From Eledone cirrhosa (taxonomy: Eukaryota), in NCBI GenBank assembly GCA_964016885.1, contig OZ024745.1, positions 116,250,001-116,314,000 of the forward strand: a stretch of DNA of 64,000 bases, given 5' to 3'. The notes beneath the pieces are model-generated. The model worked only from the letters and a program-made list of their open reading frames with translations, made no database searches and was not told the DNA's origin. The position numbers and the translations under genes are program-made. How positions within the stretch are numbered: the stretch's first letter is position 1; each line of letters starts with the position of its first letter. This document shows positions 1 to 13,223 of the stretch, one piece after another.

Positions 1-2304
1 GTGAGAATGTAGAAAATAACATATAAGTTCTTAGAGCTTAGAACAACATACCCCGGGTACTCGTTTCAAATGTGTCAAATACTACCGAGGACAAATCTGC
101 CTTTCAGAGTCGATAAAATAACACACCAAAGGTGGTGAATTCTCCGAATAATAAGTGTCTCAACTGAAATCGCAAGTGGTATTTGTACCGGTTCCTGGCG
201 TTCTGAGTTAAAATTTTGCAGTACCTTACTTCGGTGCTAGAATTTATATGTCGGTTGGTTTAACGTAATTGCCTAGATTTTCGTTGCTGTTAGCATATTC
301 CATTCTCTTAAAAGCATTTTATTCAGGTCCTGGTTTAAACATAGATTTCTTTCTTGCTCCAACCATTCTCAGAAAACCTTAAATTTTCTTAAGTACTCCT
401 ATGAAACAGTAAACATTGATACACTATTCTACATTTACTGAATCACTATCTCTATATAACAACTCTTGTACAGTATAGCAATATACAATTTCACTTTCGT
501 TAAACCCCAATATCCATTTTAACACGGCATACATAATATTCCCACGAAACTACGACTGCCAATATTTTATGTAGAACAATTGTCTCACACAGGCACATGT
601 AGACAAACATTGTTTTAAGCACATACATACAAAAGTAAAGATATATACACAACAGAATATTTCATTTCTATCACACGTACTCATATTATCAAAATATACC
701 TTCATCAGAATCTCTTATAGTAAAGGAATACCATTGTTTACAAGCCTTATAAAAATCACCCTTATTTTATAACTACATTATAGAACATATCATCGTCTTT
801 GGTAAACATACTCCGCCGCGCGTGTTTATAAATATAATATACATGAACGCTGTTTAACTATAATTCTTTAAAGAAAATTGTTACAATCACAGTCACTGCT
901 ACATAACCCATGGATCTCAAATTCAAGGACTCAAATGGATGATTACGCCCTGGGAGAAGGGCCTAAAATGAGAGTGGGAACGACGTAATTTCCACCAGCT
1001 ATAATTTGAATCTGCAATACAGCTGATAAGATGCTATTTATTTTTTGCAAATTATTGTAAATGGGACATGTGAAATAGTACTAAGTGTAGGGAGACTAAT
1101 TTTATGTTTCAAAGTTTACTTAATTCCGATATACCTTTTGTAAATTCCCTGGGGTGAAACATTGTCAGGCCCTGCTTGATCTTAGAATTGATTATCTGTT
1201 TGCATTAGGTTGGCAGGTGAAGATTAATATTATTGCTGCTGCTGCGAGTGTGTGACAGAAGCAAGGGACAAAATACCAAGATTTAATAAAACATTAGTCA
1301 TGAAAATTGTTCTTCCACGAGCCATGGAGAAGTAGTTTGTAAGACTCTTGCAGCCTCTGGGGGTTGCGTGTTTGAGACCTCTGACTTAACCATGGTACCC
1401 AGAATATGCAGTTAGTAACGTCTTTTCTCATTTCTTTCTTTTAAATCCGTAACTCCTAGAGTAGCAGGGGCGCCGCAGTGGTTTTACAGCGTTTTTTGGT
1501 CGGTTTTACAGCCTGTGGACCCATCTCCTCTCCTGGTCTGCTCACAGAACTGAGAAAGAGATACAGAGGAAGAATCGATTCCAGTACTAGACTGATACAT
1601 TTTTTATCAACCCTGAAATGATGAAAGGCAAAGTTGACTTCAATGTATTTTGAATTCAGAGAGCAGAGAACTGGAACAAATATCGCAAAACCTTTTATCC
1701 GACGTTTTAACGACCCTGTAACTTTGCCCACCTCCATATCTAATATTTAATACAAATATATGATGAAATATATCAGAAACAAGCAAATCATATCTCAGTT
1801 TACATTCTCATATTCTCTCAATACCTCCTATATAATTTCCATCTCGGTTACACTTAATTATAATTGTACATTAAAATTAATTAAAATGTTCTCTCTCCCC
1901 CTCTCTCTTACTGTCTCTCTCTCACCCTCTCTTCTCTCTTTCTCTCTTCCCTTTCTTTGTCGTTCTCCTCCTCTCCCCCTCCCCCAATATACACTCATAC
2001 GAAATTAAACCTGCATAAATCTCTCAAGTCATTTACACATTTTAAATACACTCACCATCGTTAAACAAATACCTTCATATCACTTCCAATTTCTCTATAA
2101 ATACATATCAACAATATATTATGGTGCAATTAAATACTTTCACTCAATTAACGAGAAAATGTTATATATATTATATATAAACATATGATATATGGATTTT
2201 ATTTTACGTTCTATAATTGACAATAATCTCTCTAACATCATATAAAATGTTTTAGATTTTCAGATTTTTCCACCACCCCAAGCTCTGCTTTTATTCCACC
2301 CCAC

Positions 2305-2628
2305 CCCGATTATTAAATGTTGTTAGTCTATCTACTGCGATATTTTATATTAAGTGGTAGCACTCCTGCGACAATTAGTTTTCTTAAGACATTAAAAAGA
2401 CATTTTACATGACAAAAAAAGCACATTGCTAGAAATCCCATATATTATAAAATAAATGTGTTGGTTTGGGGTCTCATTTATTTTATAATATATGGGATTT
2501 CTAGCAATGTGCTTTCTTTTTGTCATGTAAAATATTTTTAATGTCTTAAGAAAATTAATTATCGCAGGAATATTATCACTTAATATAAAATATCGCAATA
2601 TATAGATTAACAATATTTAATAATCGGG
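2305..2628. repeat. ~325-bp imperfect palindrome (foldback/MITE-like)
   Basis: CCCGATTATTAAATG..ATAAAATAAATG / CATTTATTTTAT..ATTTAATAATCGGG with a ~15-nt spacer near 2460-2475. Confidence 0.85.
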
Positions 2629-3966
2629 ATGAGGTGTTTAACGGATAGGTTATTTTGGTGTGATGAGCGTTTGGATGAAAAGAATAATGCCATGATTGAG
2701 TTGTTAACAATGTTTATTTTATATAACAATATTCAATTTGAACATCGAATGATAGAATTTATGGTACAAATATATCTGTACAATAAATTGGTAGCTGCTA
2801 CGGGCTACTTAAATGTATGTATCAGAGAAGACGATATAATATATAAGTTGGGTTGTGTCTTGCAGATACAATATGGCAGGAAGAATAGGATGAGAGTATA
2901 ATATAACAATATGAACTTACTATGCGTGTGTGTGTGCCTATTCTTAGTTTATCTTATTCTCATAGTAGTAGTAATGGTCAATCTGTCAGGCAGGCATGGT
3001 TGGCTGTCTGGCTGAGAAGGTAAGCCAGTAAGGGCCAAGAGAAAGATAGGGTGAAAGGTCTACTGACGCTACATAGTTATCTTCTTGACTGCTGCTTCGA
3101 TTCTCTCCTCTTGTTCCCTCAGCCCTTTTATTTATAATAAGTGCTAAAGTTAGAAGGATGGATATATGATCTGACCTGTGGTTAGCATCTCCCAAGGGTA
3201 AAGGGTCACAGGTCAAATGGAATGTCATCCATCATCGTTGACAGGACAAAGGCGAGAACTTCCAACGATTGAGTGTCCCAGAGGCGGGAAAGCTCAGATT
3301 CGGTTTCGAATCTTCGCTGGTAAGATATAGGAGTATTCCGTTATAGATGGAATAAAAACTTGGGGAGGGGTGGAATTAAGCGGGTATGAAAAATCTGAAA
3401 ATCTAAAACGCTTGTATCTGATGTTAGAGAGATTATTGTCAATAATAGTACGTAGAATAAAATCCATATACCGTATGTTAACTAAACGACTAATTCTGGT
3501 TTTTAAAACAACAACAGAGACAACATATCGCTAATTCCAACAACCCATATTATTTGGGTCCCTAGAGTATACAACACAGAAAACACTGTCTCGTTCGAAA
3601 ATAATAACAACCTACAGAGTAAAAAAACAGCCATTATATAATCACATACTGCAACACTGGGATACATTTGCTAAGTAGAGCTTAACTGTAACTGTATTAT
3701 ACAACACGACGAACGTCTTAATAATCAGCTGGAATAGGCAATTCTCTTTCACTAAATGTCAAATCCACCTTAACTATTATACTGAGAATCTGTGAAACGT
3801 AATCCTGACTGCTACAAGAATTACCACAGTAGACACGACAACTGTCAGTCCACCATAACTTCAACTTTCAGTATCACTGTATATAGCATAAAAATATTAC
3901 AATCTACTTCTACAGCTACTCTCAGTAAAAGTCTATAAACACACACACATACATGCATTTGTACAC

Positions 3967-4121
<155 letters not shown>

Positions 4122-4189
4122 AGTATTAAAATAACAGATTAAAGTTTAAGCAAAGAATCGCTGCTTTCACCCTTAACGGGATCTTCTGA

Positions 4190-4237
<48 letters not shown>

Positions 4238-4376
4238 TCATACACGCTCACACGGCTTCCATTCCTTGGAACATAACTTAACTACCGGCTCAACCCCGAT
4301 CTAATCCGCCGTGACCTTTCTCCGAACTTTACACACCTTCCCACACTTAGTAACTCTGTTCCCACACACTTCCCAC

Positions 4377-4407
4377 CTGAGGAAGGGCTTATGCCCGAAA
4401 CGTCGTC
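4377..4407 (+). ncRNA. Hammerhead core in a probable PLE 3' end (4235-4497)
   Basis: CTGAGGA-A-GGGC TTAT GCCC-GAAACGTC. Stem I is only about 2 bp, so probably degenerate. Confidence 0.5.
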
Positions 4408-4530
4408 CCCCACCAACACCCCACTCTCAAGAGCGTGAAATTAATAAACATTTGTTGTACCGCCTCTCTGTCTTGTCCCTGTTCAAATTTTTTCCATTAT
4501 ATATATGTATATATATATATATAATATATA

Positions 4531-4598
4531 GAAATGGCTTCTACAATCCTGATGATAACTCCCGAATGAAACAGTCCTTGTCCTGTAGAAGCCATTTC
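4531..4598 (+). ncRNA. Type I hammerhead motif between (TA)n tracts
   Basis: GAAATGGCTTCTACA..CTGATGA..GAAA-CAG TCC TTG-TC..TGTAGAAGCCATTTC. 15-bp flanking helix, weak stem II. Confidence 0.6.
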
Positions 4599-4638
4599 TA
4601 TATTGTACTTTACTTATTGTGGTTACCCAGGATAAACT

Positions 4639-4675
<37 letters not shown>

Positions 4676-4868
4676 ATATATATATATACAATATATACAT
4701 ATATGTATTCATTTTATGAAGGCTAAATAGTGAATCTTGCTACTCTGTAGTTTCGCCTATTTCACTATTTAGCGATATTAAAATCTATATTAAATCTCTA
4801 CTCCGGCATTAAGTACTCTTTTCTCTGAGCCGACAACCACATACGGATACATATATATATTTGTATAG

Positions 4869-5022
<154 letters not shown>

Positions 5023-5054
5023 CAGTAATCAAAGTTCAGTTTAAGTCATTTATT

Positions 5055-5101
5055 TGCTTACAATTGTTTCCTCCAAACCGAGGTTTGGATTCTTCGGAGC
5101 A
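5055..5101 (-). ncRNA. Hammerhead with U4C core
   Basis: Minus strand: TGCT-CCGAAGA-A-TCCAAAC CTCG GTTTGGA-G-GAAA-CAATTG-TA-AGCA. Confidence 0.7.
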
Positions 5102-5353
5102 GCTATTTATAACATACTTGACCTCCTTTTCAACCCAAGAGACACATAAAACATATGCGCATATTGATCAACAGTGGGGTAACATTCATCAAATGAAATA
5201 GCATGGCAAATTACATATAAAGTGTTACATGCTAAAAATAAAAATAATAAAGACTATCTCTCACTATTTTGGGTTTGTGTATATATAATATATTACCATC
5301 AAAGGTTTTATTGCATACATAACCATAAATAGTACCCTTAATACTAATATTAA

Positions 5354-5434
<81 letters not shown>

Positions 5435-5740
5435 ATAATTAATAGTACAGGGAAGCCGTACACTCCACGTTAACTACAACTTTCAATATTAATGTATACT
5501 ATAGACGACCGCATCTCACTGAACCTAAATTCTATTTTACACAACAATATATAGCAAAGGAGAACCTCTCACTCTAATACAGTTGTGATACATTTAGTAT
5601 AACCAAATATCTATATAGTCATAATTCTAGAACTCTTGATTGAGGCCTACAAGAGCTGTAAAACCTGGCGGAGCCATTCCCGCTCCAAACACACCGGATT
5701 TCTACCAGAAAGAGAAAGAGAGAGTGAGAGAGAGAGAGAG

Positions 5741-5876
<136 letters not shown>

Positions 5877-6239
5877 CATGAACGATAGAGGGGTGGGATA
5901 AAGGAAGCGAGAATAAGAAGTATAGGGAAATAATCAACCCTAGTACTGAACAGACGCATCAAATATCGACATCGAAAGGTTAAAAGTAAATTTGACCAGG
6001 GTCGGAATTGAACAATAGAACTTTTCACTCCAGATTAACAGTTGCTTTCAATATCTCTGTAAATAGACTAAGAGAAGATATCACTCTAAATCAAATACCA
6101 ATTTTAATAACACTTTATATAGCTCAAAAATGCTTTTTTTTACTCCAACTCAACCGCCACTATCGTTACCACACAGTATAGAGCTGGAGAACTATTCTTC
6201 CGCCTTAACTACTACATTCAAGATCATGGTACACTCTCT

Positions 6240-6990
6240 CCACTTTCGCTAGTTGAGCGCTGGAGAAGCTCTCACTTCTTCACTACATTCAACATCATAG
6301 TAAACTCTCTCCAACTCCACCGCCACTTTTGCTACTACAGCGCTGGAGAAGGTCTCACCTCTCCTTAACTATTACAGTCAATATTATGGTACACTCACTC
6401 CATCACGACCACCACTTTCGCTACTACAGCGCTGGAGAAGCTCTCACCTCTCCTTAACTACTAGAGTCAATATTATGGTACACTCACTCCATCACGACCA
6501 CCACTTTCGCTACTACAGCGCTGGAGAAGGTCTCACCTCTCCTTAACTATTACAGTCAATATTATGGTATACTCACTCCATCACGACCACCACTTTCGCT
6601 ACCACAGCGCTGGAGAAGGTCTCACCTCTCCTTAACTACTAGAGTCAATATTATGGTACACTCACTCCATCACGACCACCACTTTCGCTACTACAGCGCT
6701 GGAGAAGGTCTAACCTCTCCTTAACTATTACAGTCAATATTATGGTACACTCACTCCATCACGACCACCACTTTCGCTACTACAGCGCTGGAGAAGGTCT
6801 CACCTCTCCTTAACTACTAGAGTCAATATTATGGTACACTCACTCCATCACGACCACCACTTTCGCTACTATAGCGCTGGAGAAGGTCTCACCTCTCCTT
6901 AACTATTACAGTCAATATTATGGTACACTCACTCCATCACGACCACCACTTTCGCTACCACTGGAGAATCTTTCACTCCACCTTCACTGC
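6240..6990 (+). repeat. 89-bp tandem satellite, ~8 copies
   Basis: CTACTACAGCGCTGGAGAAGG.. recurs at 6332, 6421, 6510 and onward. Confidence 0.95.
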
Positions 6991-7662
6991 CACTTTCACT
7001 ATTAATATTACACAATTGTAGAACACTTCTCACTCCAATTTAGACCGCTACTTTCCCTACCACTCTAGTGCTACTATACTGTTGTATATTGTTCACTAAG
7101 GTGGGGGAAATGTTTCAGTGATATATATATATCATGTTGTTGAAAGTATTGATGGATTTAGAGAGGGTTTTCTCTGGTGTATAGTGTAACTCTGGGTATA
7201 ACAAATGTGTTAAAGCTGGAGGCTCTTATGTAATATATCACTTGGTTGATAATCGCAGTGGTACTGGGAGTAGTGTTTGAGTAAGAATATTAGGGTTTCC
7301 TGTCTTATATATAGTAGTAGGAAATATAGAAGTTATGTTGGTGTGAGAGATTTTCTGGCTGTATATAGTGGCACTGAATATAGCGGTTGAGCTAGAGTGA
7401 AGGGTTAGGTCTTATACTATATACTGTATTACTGAAAGTATTGGCAGAGAGAGAAACGTTGGAGTGATACAGTGGTTCACAATGTAGAGGTTGAGACGGT
7501 GTAAACGATCTCCTATGAGATATCGTTTGAGAGGGAGTGTGAAGCCTTCTTTTGGTATATACTCTAGTAATGAAAGTAGCAGTTGGGCTGAAGTGGGAGG
7601 CATTTGTGTGATATATACAGTGGTATTGAATGTATTAGGTGTGATGCAGTAAGGAGTCACCA

Positions 7663-8432
7663 AAGACGGAGTAAACAGTCTCTAATGCTATATATATATA
7701 AAGTAGCGGTTAAGACGGAGTAAACAGGCTCTAATGCTATATATATATAAAGTAGCGGTTAAGACGGAGTAAACAGGATCTAATGCTATATATATAAAGT
7801 AGCGGTTAAGACGGAGTAAACAGGCTCTAATGCTATATATATAAAGTAGCAGTTAAGACGAAGTAAACAGGCTCTAATGCTATATATATATAAAGTAGCG
7901 GTTAAGACGGAGTAAACATATTCTAATGCTATATATATAAAGTAGCAGTTAAGACGAAGTAAACAGTCTCTAATGCTATATATATATAAAGTAGCGGTTA
8001 AGACGGAGTAAACAGTCTCTAATGCTATATATATAAAGTAGCGGTTAAGACGGAGTAAACAGTCTCTAATGCTATATATATAAAGTAGCGGTTAAGACGG
8101 AGTAAACAGTCTCTAATGCTATATATATATAAAGTAGCGGTTAAGACGGAGTAAACAGTCTCTAATGCTATATATATAAAGTAGCGGTTAAGACGGAGTA
8201 AACAGGATCTAATGCTATATATATAAAGTAGCGGTTAAGACGGAGTAAACAGTCTCTAATGCTATATATATAAAGTAGCGGTTAAGACGGAGTAAACAGT
8301 CTCTAATGCTATATATATAAAGTAGCGGTTAAGACGGAGTAAACAGGATCTAATGCTATATATATATAAAGTAGCGGTTAAGATGGAGTAAACAGTCTCT
8401 AATGCTATATATATAAAGTAGCGGTTAAGACG
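7663..8432. repeat. 47-49-bp tandem satellite, ~16 copies
   Basis: AAAGTAGCGGTTAAGACGGAGTAAACAGTCTCTAATGC(TA)n unit. Confidence 0.95.
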
Positions 8433-8445
8433 ATATGATATATAC

Positions 8446-8671
8446 AAGGCATGTCAAACTGAGGGTCCCCCGAGGGCCTCATGGGTCACATGTATGTTGT
8501 CTCAGGGCCACACACGACAAATAATTGCGCACATTACAACTAATTGTTTTTTTTTTATATTTCATATTACGAAGATAAAACATGCTCGGGCTGTAAAACA
8601 CTTTGCGCGGACCGCAAATGTGCCTGTAAAGGGTCGCATGTGGCCCGTGGGCCGCATGTATGACATGCCTG
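8446..8671. mobile_element. hAT-type MITE
   Basis: TIRs aAGGCATGTCAAAC / GTATGACATGCCTG, subterminal GGCCC/GGGCC motifs, 8-bp TSD ATATATAC/CTATATAC. Confidence 0.75.
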
Positions 8672-9164
8672 CTATATACAGTAATATTGTAAGCAGTGGC
8701 TAAGGTAGAGGGAGAAACTGTATTGCAATATATATATATATAGTAATAAAGAAAGTAGCGACTGAGACGGAGTGAGCTGGTGCCTATGGTTTCTAATTAC
8801 ACTGACTGTTGAGTAGGAGTGAGAACTCTCATGAGATATTCATGCTGTGGAACCTATGCTAGGTTGAGAGTCAGAAAGTGTTATATTGTATACAGTGATA
8901 CAGGCAATTGCAATTATGGTTAAATAATAGGTGTCCTTATGTTTTACATCGTGGTATTGAAAGAAGCGGTTAAAATGGTGTAAAATGCGTTGTTGCTGTC
9001 TTGTTATGTTGTATGCAGTCCTCTTCATGTTGTAGCCACTAGAAAGGACACAGCGAATATGTTTAAGTTCTAATTAGCAAACAAGTCCTAATGTTGTAGG
9101 ACGTAGTTAAATACTAGTTGTTTAATTACGTTGTTTCTATGGAAGTTGCGATTGATTTCAAACG

Positions 9165-10870
9165 AAGTAGCGATTAAGACGGAGTAGGGAGTCATAATGC
9201 CATAAAGGTGCAGTTAAGACGGAGTAGGGAGTCATAATGCCATAAAGTGTCAGTTTAAGACGGAGTAGGGAGTCATAATGCCATAAAGGTGCAGTTAAGA
9301 CGGAGTAGGGAGTCATAATGCCATAAAGGTGCAGTTAAGACGGAGTAGGGTGTCATAATGTTATAAAGTGTCAGTTTAAGACGGAGTAGGGAGTCATAAT
9401 GCCATAAAGGTGCAGTTAAGACGGAGTAGGGTGTCATAATGTTATAAAGTGTCAGTTTAAGACGGAGTAGGGAGTCATAATGCCATAAAGGTGCAGTTAA
9501 GACGGAGTAGGGAGTCATAATGTCATAAAGTGTCAGTTTAAGACGGAGTAGGGAGTCATAATGCCATAAAGGTGCAGTTAAGACGGAGTAGGGAGTCATA
9601 ATGTCATAAAGTAGCAGTTAAGACGGAGTAGGGAGTCATAATGCCATAAAGGTGCAGTTAAGACGGAGTAGGGAGTCATAATGCCATAAAGGTGCAGTTA
9701 AGACGGAGTAGGGAGTCATAATGCCATAAAGTGTCAGTTTAAGACGGAGTAGGGTGTCATAATGCCATAAAGGTGCAGTTAAGACGGAGTAGGGTGTCAT
9801 AATGTCATAAAGTAGCAGTTAAGACGGAGTAGGGAGTCATAATGCCATAAAGTAGCAGTTAAGACGGAGTAGGGAGTCATAATGCCATAAAGTAGCAGTT
9901 AAGACGGAGTAGGGAGTCATAATGCCATAAAGTAGCAGTTAAGACGGAGTAGGGTGTCATCATGCCATAAAGTGTCAGTTTAAGACGGAGTAGGGAGTCA
10001 TAATGCCATAAAGTAGCAGTTAAGACGGAGTAGGGAGTCATAATGCCATAAAGGTGCAGTTAAGACGGAGTAGGGAGTCATAATGCCATAAAGTAGCAGT
10101 TAAGACGGAGTAGGGAGTCATAATGCCATAAAGTAGCAGTTAAGACGGAGTAGGGAGTCATAATGCCATAAAGTAGCAGTTAAGACGGAGTAGGGAGTCA
10201 TAATGCCATAAAGTAGCAGTTAAGACGGAGTAGGGAGTCATAATGCCATAAAGGTGCAGTTAAGACGGAGTAGGGAGTCATAATGCCATAAAGTAGCAGT
10301 TAAGACGGAGTAGGGAGTCATAATGCCATAAAGTAGCAGTTAAGACGGAGTAGGGAGTCATAATGCCATAAAGGTGCAGTTAAGACGGAGTAGGGAGTCA
10401 TAATGCCATAAAGTAGCAGTTAAGACGGAGTAGGGAGTCATAATGCCATAAAGGTGCAGTTAAGACGGAGTAGGGAGTCATAATGCCATAAAGGTGCAGT
10501 TAAGACGGAGTAGGGAGTCATAATGTCATAAAGTGTCAGTTTAAGACGGAGTAAGGAGTCATAATGCCATAAAGGTGCAGTTAAGACGGAGTAGGGAGTC
10601 ATAATGTCATAAACGTGCAGTTAAGACGGAGTAGGGAGTCATAATGCCATAAAGGTGCAGTTAAGACGGAGTAGGGAGTCATGTCATAAAGTGTCAGTTT
10701 AAGACGGAGTAAGGAGTCATAATGTCATAAAGTAGCAGTTTAAGACGGAGTAAGGAGTCATAATGTCATAAAGTGTCAGTTTAAGACGGAGTAAACAGCC
10801 TCTAATCCTATAAAGTGTCAGTTAAGACGGCGTGAGGTGCCTCTAATCCTATATATTAAAAGTAGCGGTT
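9165..10870. repeat. 40-41-bp tandem satellite, ~40 copies
   Basis: TTAAGACGGAGTAGGGAGTCATAATGCCATAAA(GGTG/GTAG/GTGT)CAG unit. Confidence 0.95.
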
Positions 10871-11538
10871 CAGGTGGCGTAATTAGCTTCTAATGCTATT
10901 TAATAAAGGTAACGGTTTGGGTGGAGTGAGAGGCTAGGTATCCTATGCTATATACAGTGGCAATAACGTAATAATTCTATGATGTGTATGTGATGTTACG
11001 AAGATTATTATCAAAGATAGATTAGAATAATGGCGAATGTGGACAGTTCTCTATACATTGTATATTATATATTATAAAAATACATTTAATCTCTCAGAGA
11101 GAATGAAATATTTTTTTCCCCATAATATAGTGTTGATGTTATAATTAAATTGGAAGTGTTATGAAAATTGTATAATATTTAAATTTTATTTAGAATTACA
11201 TGTTTCACTCTATGTAATTTATGGGGGAAGAGAGAGAAACGATAGAGAGGGTGAGAAAAAGAATATATATATAGATATAAATATATACATGTGAGTGTAT
11301 GTGTGTATAAATGTATGTGCGTAGTGTATATGTGTGTGTGTATGCGTGTGTGTAAGTGTGTGTGTGTATGTGTGTGTAAGTGTGAGTGTGTGGGTGTATG
11401 TGGGTGTGTGTATGTGTGTATAAGTGTATGTGCGTAGTGTATATGCGTGTGTGTAAGTGTGTGTATGTGTGTGTGTATTGGCAATACTGGAATTGTATAA
11501 TCAAGACCATAGCGGTATGTCATATATCAAATCATATA

Positions 11539-11600
11539 TTTTATCTGAAGAGGACGTACTGAAAAAAAAACAACACAGTACCTTTGAAATATATATAAAA
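11539..11600 (+). ncRNA. Hammerhead motif, same family as 38925-38995
   Basis: TTTTAT-CTGAAGA-GGACGTACTG..CAGTACCTTT-GAAA-TATATA-TA-AAAA. Confidence 0.6.
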
Positions 11601-11871
11601 ACGCATATATTTTGATTATGTGAATATCTTTCATTTGTTAATAATTTGAATAATATTAAAATCTCCAGGAAAACTTCACTGTTAAGTGCTTTTAATCTAT
11701 TGTAAAATTGTATTCATTGAGTAATCAACGAACCATATTAATCTTTGGTTATATATATATATATAAATACATTATGGTAAACATGAACAAAGCCTACGTA
11801 TAGTGCCTTTTGCGTCGTTTTGGTTTTTTTTCTGTTCAAACCTGCATTGTCGTGGCTTTCCAACTTCAAAT

Positions 11872-11915
<44 letters not shown>

Positions 11916-11952
11916 ATATAAGATCAAAAGATGGTTAAAGGAGTTCAATATA

Positions 11953-12019
11953 TTTTATTATGCGCATTTCAAAAACAAACATCATCAAATAATAATATTT
12001 GTGTTTTCATCAGATAAAA
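11953..12019 (-). ncRNA. Type I hammerhead ribozyme in PLE 3' end (family A)
   Basis: Minus strand: TTTTAT-CTGATGA-AAACACAAATATTATT TG ATGATGTTTGTTTTT-GAAA-TGCGCA-TA-ATAAAA. Canonical core, stem I 6 bp, loop-less palindromic stem III (ATGCGCAT) typical of minimal PLE hammerheads. Confidence 0.85.
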
Positions 12020-13223
12020 CAGGAGAACATGATATGAAGGCTAAAAAAACACTTGTTGATAGTGCAGTTTTAAATCAACATATGAAAAGTGGTTTTAGAT
12101 TGATGTGTGATATTGGGAAAAATATTTTATTTAGAGAGGGGGGGGAGAGAAAAGGATGAAAAGGGAAGGAGATGAGAGGGAGAGATGGGTGATAGAGAGA
12201 AAGAGATAGTTTTTTATAACAGAGAGGAGATATATTTTATATAGAGGGGTTGAAAACCGTTGGAAGATACTGTATAAATTAAAAATTTTGAAAATTAACG
12301 AAGGGAGGATATGTGCGAGGAAAAAATATATTATATTTAGGGAGGGGTGGGGGTGGAAAGGATGAAAAAAAGGGGAGGAGATGAGAGTGAAGGTGGAAAG
12401 GGAGAGATGGGTGATAGAGAGAAGGAGATAGTTTTTATAACTGAGAAAAAGATATAATGTTTTAATATAGAGAGGTTGGGAACCGTTGGAAGATAATGTA
12501 TAAATTAAAGGAATTTGAAAATTAACGAAGGGAAATTATGTATGGAGATAGAGAGAAAAAAATAATAATAATTGTGGGTGAATATTCTAACGTCAAAAGG
12601 AGAAATGTAGGAATTTTAAAATTAGCAAAGAGAAAAAGTTTATGTGTAGGATTTGAGAAAAATAATGTGAAGTTAAAGTTTTTATATTGAATTCATATGT
12701 ATTAATAATGAGTTCGTTGATGGGGAGAAAAAAATAATAATAAATTAGGGATGAAATTGAGATTAAAAAGATTGATGATAGAGAGAAAAAATAATAATGA
12801 TTGCGGATGAATACTCAAAATGTCAAAAACAAATGTTATTGTTTTACGAGGAGATATAATGAGGGTGATGAGTAAACGGGTATTATAGAGTGTATAATGC
12901 CCTTTAAAGTAAGGTAGATGGGTATATTTTAAAGAATATATGAGTATATATTAAAAAAAATATATATAATAATAAATTAAGGATGAAATTGAGATTAAAA
13001 AGATTTATGATAGAGGGAAAAAGAATAATAATGATTGCGGATGAATATTCAAAATGTCAAAAACAAATGTTATTGTTTACGAGAAGATAGGATGCGGGAA
13101 AAGAGTAAACGAGTATTATAGAGTGTATAATGCCCTTTAAAGTAAGGTAGATGGGTATATTTTAAAGAGGTGTATGTATATGTGCCTTTGAGAAAAGATT
13201 CTAAATTGATAAAGAATTGAATA

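Noticed and set aside
9165-10870. CRISPR-like appearance of the 40-bp and 47-bp arrays
   Set aside because: No unique spacers, only a few recurring variants. No cas genes, and the context is eukaryotic.
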